64,000 nt of DNA from the NCBI RefSeq assembly GCF_009914755.1, contig NC_060939.1. One strand, 5' to 3'. The translations under genes were made by a program, and so were the position numbers. Source of the DNA: the human T2T-CHM13v2.0 reference genome, Homo sapiens. Shown one piece after another: positions 57,393-64,000 of the stretch (its first letter is position 1; every line of letters starts with the position of its first letter). The notes beneath the pieces are model-generated. The model made no database searches. It had not been told where the DNA came from and was given only the letters and a program-made list of their open reading frames with translations.

Positions 57393-57845
57393 TAGTTGAC
57401 GGGGTTTCACTATGTTGCCCAGGCTGCTCTCGAACTCCTCTGGCCTCAAGTGATCCGCCTACCTCAGCCTCCCACAATGCTGGGATTACAGTTGTGAGCC
57501 ACCAAGCCCAGACAACTTTTTTAGAATTTATTTTTTAAAAATAGACACAGGATCTCGCTATGTTGCCCAGGCTGGTCTCAAATTCCTAGGCTCAAGCAAT
57601 CCTCCTGCCTCTCGAAAGTGAGCAGGAGATTACAGATGTGAGCCACCATGCCCGGCCCCTTTTAACTTCTTACCACTAATGATTTGGTGCGAAATCCTAA
57701 TCAGTCTTCCATAATAAATGACTCTAGCTTAGTGAAGAGTGTTCCTGTTTTAGCTAAGTTGACCTAGGGTGGAAAGACCCATGAAAATCATCTATATCAC
57801 CTGGCGTGTATTTCAATTTTCAATAGCAAAACTACTACCACTTAC

Positions 57846-57925
57846 TGGTGTGTCCATGTACGGACCAATGTCCATTTCTTCATCTTCCATCAAGTATTTT
57901 CCCCAGTCGAAATCATCTTTCTTTT
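57846..57925 (-). CDS. TUBGCP5: GCP5 exon 5 (80 nt; EKKDDFDWGKYLMEDEEMDIGPYMDTP)
   Basis: ttag acceptor, CCA|gtaagt donor, phase consistent. Confidence 0.95.
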
Positions 57926-58161
57926 CTAAAATGTAACAGAAGAACTTCATTGGCTTTATTATATCTATCTTTGAAAAAAAACCTCAAAACTAAGGAAAAA
58001 AGACTAACAAGACTCAAAATACTCAGGAAATAAAAATTTAAAAATATTGAAACATTTAATAAATTGATATCCTAAAACATTTTACATTTTAATTAACTCA
58101 TTCTCAAAGGTGAGTGTTCTCTTTCTACAGCTGAAGGTAGTTTGTAAAGTTAGAACGAATA

Positions 58162-58462
58162 CAGTCATCCCTCAATATCTGAGGGGAATTGGTTCCAGGA
58201 GGTACACCACCCTCCGCAATGCTCAAGGCTGACAGAAAATGGTGTAGTATGTGCACATAACCTAAATACATCCTGCTGTATACTTTAAATAATCTCTAGA
58301 TTACTTATAATACCTAATATCATGTAAATGCTATGTAAATAGTTTTTTAAAAGATTGTATTATTTTAGACTGTTGTATTATTATTTATTTATTTTGAATA
58401 TTTTTGATCTGTAGTTGATTGAATCTGTGGGTCTGGAACCTGAGAATATAGAGGGCTGACAG
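58162..58462. mobile_element. MER2 (Tigger family) MITE
   Basis: cagtcatccctcaatatc ... gagggctgacag inverted ends. Confidence 0.75.
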
Positions 58463-58623
58463 CATTTTAAATAAAATTTTACAATTGTGATAGCATCTAA
58501 AGCAATAGAAATACTTTAGTTTCACAGATTTTTAGAAGTTTCAATAAAACTCAGTGTTTAGCAACTAAGTAATCAAACAATTTCTCTTTTACTTCTCATA
58601 TGTTAAGGAATCTAGTAACATAC

Positions 58624-58720
58624 CCACTTCTTTATTTCTTGGTGTCTCCACATAACTGCTGTTTGAAGGAGAGTCTGACAGACACAGAAGAAGTGACAGT
58701 ATGGAATAATGTGCATCTGT
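58624..58720 (-). CDS. TUBGCP5: GCP5 exon 4 (97 nt; TDAHYSILSLLLCLSDSPSNSSYVETPRNKEV)
   Basis: aaag acceptor, GTGG|gtatgt donor, open frame. Confidence 0.95.
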
Positions 58721-59841
58721 CTTTAAAACAAAAAAAAGAACATAAATCTCTGAGGTTGGGAAATGCTTTCTACACCAGATTGAGTAAAGATAACTCCATG
58801 ACAGTTATGTCCCCAATTTTTTTCCTGGTTTGAGAAAACATGAGTTATACCTAAATAATCCTTAACCTTCAAACTTCTTCATAGCTCAAATGCATACACA
58901 TAAGGAACCTCAAAGCCATCTGAAATCTGAGTTCTATATTTCTAACAAGTATAAGATCTGAGTGGATGACAGCTTTTTATTTCTAAAACGACGGAAATGT
59001 CTTTAGAGTATAACATTATGGTTAAAAATTATTCTCCTGTGGCAATATGTATCATGAAGGTTAAACATGCCTGATAGTTTAACTAAGATGTATCATATTT
59101 TATTTAACCAGTCCCCTATTAATGAAATTTAGATTTTTTCCCAATCTTTTGCTATCACAAACTTATGTTGTTTCATATTTTTTTTCCCCCCGAGATGGAT
59201 TTTCGCTCTGTCGCCCAGGCTGGAGTGCAATAGTGCAATCTCAGCTCACCGCAACCTCAGCCTCCCCTGGTTCAAGTGATTCTCCTGTCTCAGCCTCCCG
59301 AGTAGCTGGGATTACAGGTACGCGCCACCACGCCCGGGTAACTTTTGTATTTTTAGTAGAGATGGGGTTTCACCATGTTGGCCAGGATGGTCTCCAACTC
59401 CTGACCTCATGATCCGCCCACCTTGGCCTCCCAAAGTACTGGGATTACAGGCATGGGCCACCACACTTGGCTGTTGTTTCATAATTATAAGAGTTTATCT
59501 GTATAATAAATTCCTAAAAAGTGAAACACTAAGTCAAAGAGTGTTTGCATTTGGAATTTTGAGAAATAATGCCAAAATATATTCCATACAGGTAATACAA
59601 ATATACATACGCATAGAATTACCTGTTTCCCACACCTTTTATTAATCAGATCGGTGAAAAACATTCTCTCAGTGTTGCTTTAATTTGCATTTATCTTATC
59701 TTATGAAATGGTAGGCACTTTTCCATAAGCTTAAAATTACTGATTTTCCTTTATTGGGTATTACTCTCCTCTGTTCAAGTTTCTATTTGATTGCCAGTCT
59801 TTTCTTATTTATATGATTGATTTTTAAATTGGGATATTAGC

Positions 59842-60190
59842 TGTGTGGGAATGCATTAACTCAGCAAGCCTGAATTGCCAAAGCCTTCAGCATCCCCCAA
59901 AAGGGCTTATTTTCATGAATAAGCCTTGGCCAGCTTGTGGTAACTGAGCTCTTGAAATATCTGAACTGGCAAATGTGTTCTGTATGCTCAGATCTTGAAC
60001 CATGTTGTACTAGTCTGTTTAGATAGTTTGCGCAAACAGTGTGACTGAAGGTGAACACCTGCTTTCCTTTGAAGGCTCTGGAACTTCAGTAATTGTGGTC
60101 AGTCACACAGGTCCTATGCCTAAGAGATAAGCCCCCAATAAAAGCCCCAGAGTCCTGGGCTCAGGTGTCCAGGTAGACAACACTGGCCAC
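59842..60190 (+). mobile_element. LTR fragment (MER21/MER68/MER77-like; tentative)
   Basis: TG start, ccccaataaaa poly(A) region. Confidence 0.45.
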
Positions 60191-60194
60191 CTGA

Positions 60195-61217
<1,023 letters not shown>

Positions 61218-61276
61218 TCAGTCTTAAAAAAAAAAAAAAAAAAAGAAAAAAAGTGTGAAGTTATTGCTACACCACA

Positions 61277-61613
61277 CAGCAATCCCCAACCGTTTTGGCA
61301 CCAGGGACTGGTTTTGTGGAAGACAATTTTTCCATGGACTGTTGGGTGGGGGTTGGTTTCAAGGATGAAACTGTTCCACCTCAGATCATTAGGCATTAGA
61401 TTGTCATAAGGAGCATGCAACCTAGATCCCTCAAATGTGCAGTTCACAATGGGGTTTGCTCTCCTATGAGAATCTAATGCCACCGCTGATCTGACAGGAG
61501 GTGGAGCTCAGGCAGTCATCCTCACTCACCCCACTGCACCTCCTGCCATGGAGCCCTGTTCCTAGCAGGCACATATTGGTACTCGTCCACCATGTGGGGG
61601 TTGGGGACCTCTG
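61277..61613. mobile_element. MER1B-like hAT-Charlie MITE
   Basis: cagcaatccccaac...ttttggcaccagggac start and gttggggacctctg end. Confidence 0.8.
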
Positions 61614-62029
61614 CCATAACAAACACATCCAAGATGCCACACAGCAAGAGAAAAGGATAACCAATCCCACCTTGTGTAAGTGGGTGGGGGCTGTGGACAC
61701 AGAGGGGATAGTGAAGCAGACAAGACTGCACAGCCTTACTGATTCCCTCAACAAACATGCACTGTCCACTGTGCTCTAGGTGTCCGGGAACAAATCAGAC
61801 ACAGAGCCCTATGCCTGTAAAATGTGCCTTTTAAAGGGGGAGACAAGAAAGGAACTATAAAGAATTGAAATACATAGCATGTGTGGAGACAGTGCCTGAG
61901 TTTAATATTAAAACGTGAGCTTCCTCAGGCAGGAGAAAGGGAAAGAACTATGTAGGCACAAGATGTGTCACAGCAGAGCTAGGGAATGTGGTCCCACCGT
62001 GTTCAGGGAACCCACAGCTGTTTCCATAC

Positions 62030-62445
62030 GCTTGCCATCCTTGGTTTGACCTCTAGGGGGCTACAGACTCAGCAGCTAAGGTCAGCCATGTGGGCTCTGC
62101 TTGCTTATGTGACCCACCCCCAATAAAAATGCTGGTCACCAAGGCTCAGCCGAGTGGCCCTGGGGGGAGTGGAGGGTAATACTTTGCACATGTTGTCATA
62201 TACTGTTACTGAGAGAATTAACTGCATCCCCAGGTGACTCCACTAGGAAGGAACATTTGGACATGCGTGCCTAGCTTCTCCTAGACTTTGCTCTAAGCAC
62301 CTTTTCCCTTTGGTGATTTTAATCTGTATCCTTTCACTGTAATAAACTATTAACAGTGAGGATAACAGCTTTTTTTTTTTAAGTTCTGTGAATCCTTTGA
62401 GCAAATCATTATGCCAAAAGGTGGTCTTGGGGAATCCCCCAAACA
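62030..62445 (+). mobile_element. MER21-like LTR
   Basis: ccccaataaaa and gtggtcttggggaatccccca..aca terminal motif. Confidence 0.55.
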
Positions 62446-62799
62446 ATATGAAAGTATACCAGGCATCTAGTAAGCATCTACAGACAGTCACTGCCAAGTG
62501 CTGAGAAACCATTTGAAAGTTTTGAGATACCCAAACAATGCTACTATTTGTATCAATCTCTGATCTCTCTTTCCTTAGTAGGACTGAGGTGAAAAAATGA
62601 TTAAAAACAAGCTCTTTCTTTCATCACAAACTGAGGCATATCTGGTTTGATGGCAATATTTAAGTAAATTTCCAAGAGATCCCGTTAGCCAGTAGATAAT
62701 ACTAAAATAGAATGTTTAAACAGTAACTGAAACAAATTGACGATAATCAGATAGGAAACAGTAAAATACACAGTGGAGATCTCATAATTGAAGGCATAC

Positions 62800-62908
62800 C
62801 TTTATTTCCTTTATACTGGGAAGTGGTGCATTTAGAAATTCCTCCGTTAATCTCTTCCAACTAGCAGCTTTGCTTAGATCAGAATGAATGACAAATTTTT
62901 CATAAATT
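62800..62908 (-). CDS. TUBGCP5: GCP5 exon 3 (109 nt; IYEKFVIHSDLSKAASWKRLTEEFLNAPLPSIKEIK)
   Basis: ttag acceptor, AAG|gtatgc donor, phase continuous with exon 2 across a 93-nt intron. Confidence 0.95.
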
Positions 62909-63001
62909 CTAAAATATAAGAAAAGATTATAAAGCTATCTTAAAAAGATCTATAAGAAAATACATATATTTCTGGATGCGTATATATACACACTGACTTA
63001 C

Positions 63002-63055
63002 CCTTCGATTGTTTTTTCTATTTTGTGGCTGTTGACATCCAAGAAACGATGAAAT
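63002..63055 (-). CDS. TUBGCP5: GCP5 exon 2 (54 nt; RFHRFLDVNSHKIEKTIEG)
   Basis: tttaatag|ATTTCAT...GAAGG|gtaagt on minus strand; translation matches GCP5 N-terminal region as recalled. Confidence 0.95.
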
Positions 63056-63351
63056 CTATTAAAGACAAAATGCAATTCTTATGCCAACTCTGTCACACAG
63101 GTAAGTGAACTCATCTCATGGCCCTCCATATCCCCCATATGCTCTGTACTCAGCTACACATTTCCAGAATGGAGTGTACCTTGTCCTCCGTTACCTCCAC
63201 CATCAGGCAGGCAAATAATCACCGTGTCCGAGACTGTGCAAGCATCCTTTCTCCAGCACACAGGTTCTTCCTGACCCTCCCAACCTTGTCCTCTGGCTCC
63301 TCTGTCTTCCCATAAGCCCCTGTACCTAAGTCCAGCTGAACACATTCTACA

Positions 63352-63730
63352 TCAGGTGGTCCCAACCTTTTTATGCCATAGTGAGGCCCGGTGAAGCCTA
63401 AGGACCCCTTCTCTGAATAACATTTTTAAAGCCAAAAAATAAATACAAAGGAATCCCATTATACTGAGATACAGTTGTCAAATATTTAAAGAAGTTTAAG
63501 ATATGGCAAGAAATGTTATTTATGAAAGTATTAAATAACAAGATTTAGCAGTAGGTCCAATTAACTACCATTAAAGTAACAGTAAACAACATTTACAAAT
63601 ATCTACAACTCTGATGTGAAAACAGTATGCGATTTCTACTGGTGATAAAGTCATAGGTAGGCTAATACTGCTATGGTTTGCTGCCTTCATTCATAATAGA
63701 AGGAGATGCTACTTTTCAGTTAGAGAAAAG
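63352..63730. mobile_element. hAT-Charlie-type DNA transposon fragment
   Basis: caggtggtcccaaccttttt TIR-like start. Confidence 0.45.
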
Positions 63731-64000
63731 TGAGCTTGCTCAGTGCAAGCTCCGCCTCCTGGGTTCGCGCCATTCTCCTGCCTCAGCCTCCCAAGTAGCT
63801 GGGACTACAGGCGCCTGCCACCACGCCCGGCTAATTTTTTGTACTTTTAGTAGAGACCGGGTTTCACCGTGTTAGCCAGGATAGTCTCGATCTCCTGACC
63901 TCGTGATCCACCCACCTCGGCCTCCTAAAGTGCTGGGATTACAGGCGTGAGCCACCGCGCCCAGTCCACAATTTTCAAGAATGTAAACATGAACTATTCA

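Overview
This is human-type (primate) genomic DNA that I recognise as 15q11.2 (BP1-BP2 interval). The minus strand carries TUBGCP5 (gamma-tubulin complex component 5, GCP5). Coding exons 2-23 were located by hand with GT-AG boundaries and continuous phase. They total 2929 nt, which leaves exactly the 146 nt expected for exon 1 of the 1024-aa protein as I recall it; exon 1 lies beyond the right edge. The stop codon is at 25697-25699, followed by an Alu-containing 3' UTR. About 18 kb of almost pure repeat (Alu, L1, MaLR/ERV LTRs, Tigger) separates it from a CpG island at ~4950-7000. That island has three minus-strand splice donors and matches the CYFIP1 promoter and non-coding first exons; CYFIP1 continues off the left edge. 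Almost all ORF-track entries are Alu- or GC-derived artefacts. I found no convincing wholly new biological system. The best leads are: a three-way splicing/polyadenylation switch in TUBGCP5 intron 22 giving an equal-length hydrophobic C-terminus ending in CISL; the CYFIP1 first-exon architecture (uORF, AP-1-centred palindrome); a 12-unit ~77-bp array in an old L1 5' end; and several rearrangement scars. Gene names, exon numbers and repeat families come from recognition, not from a database search.
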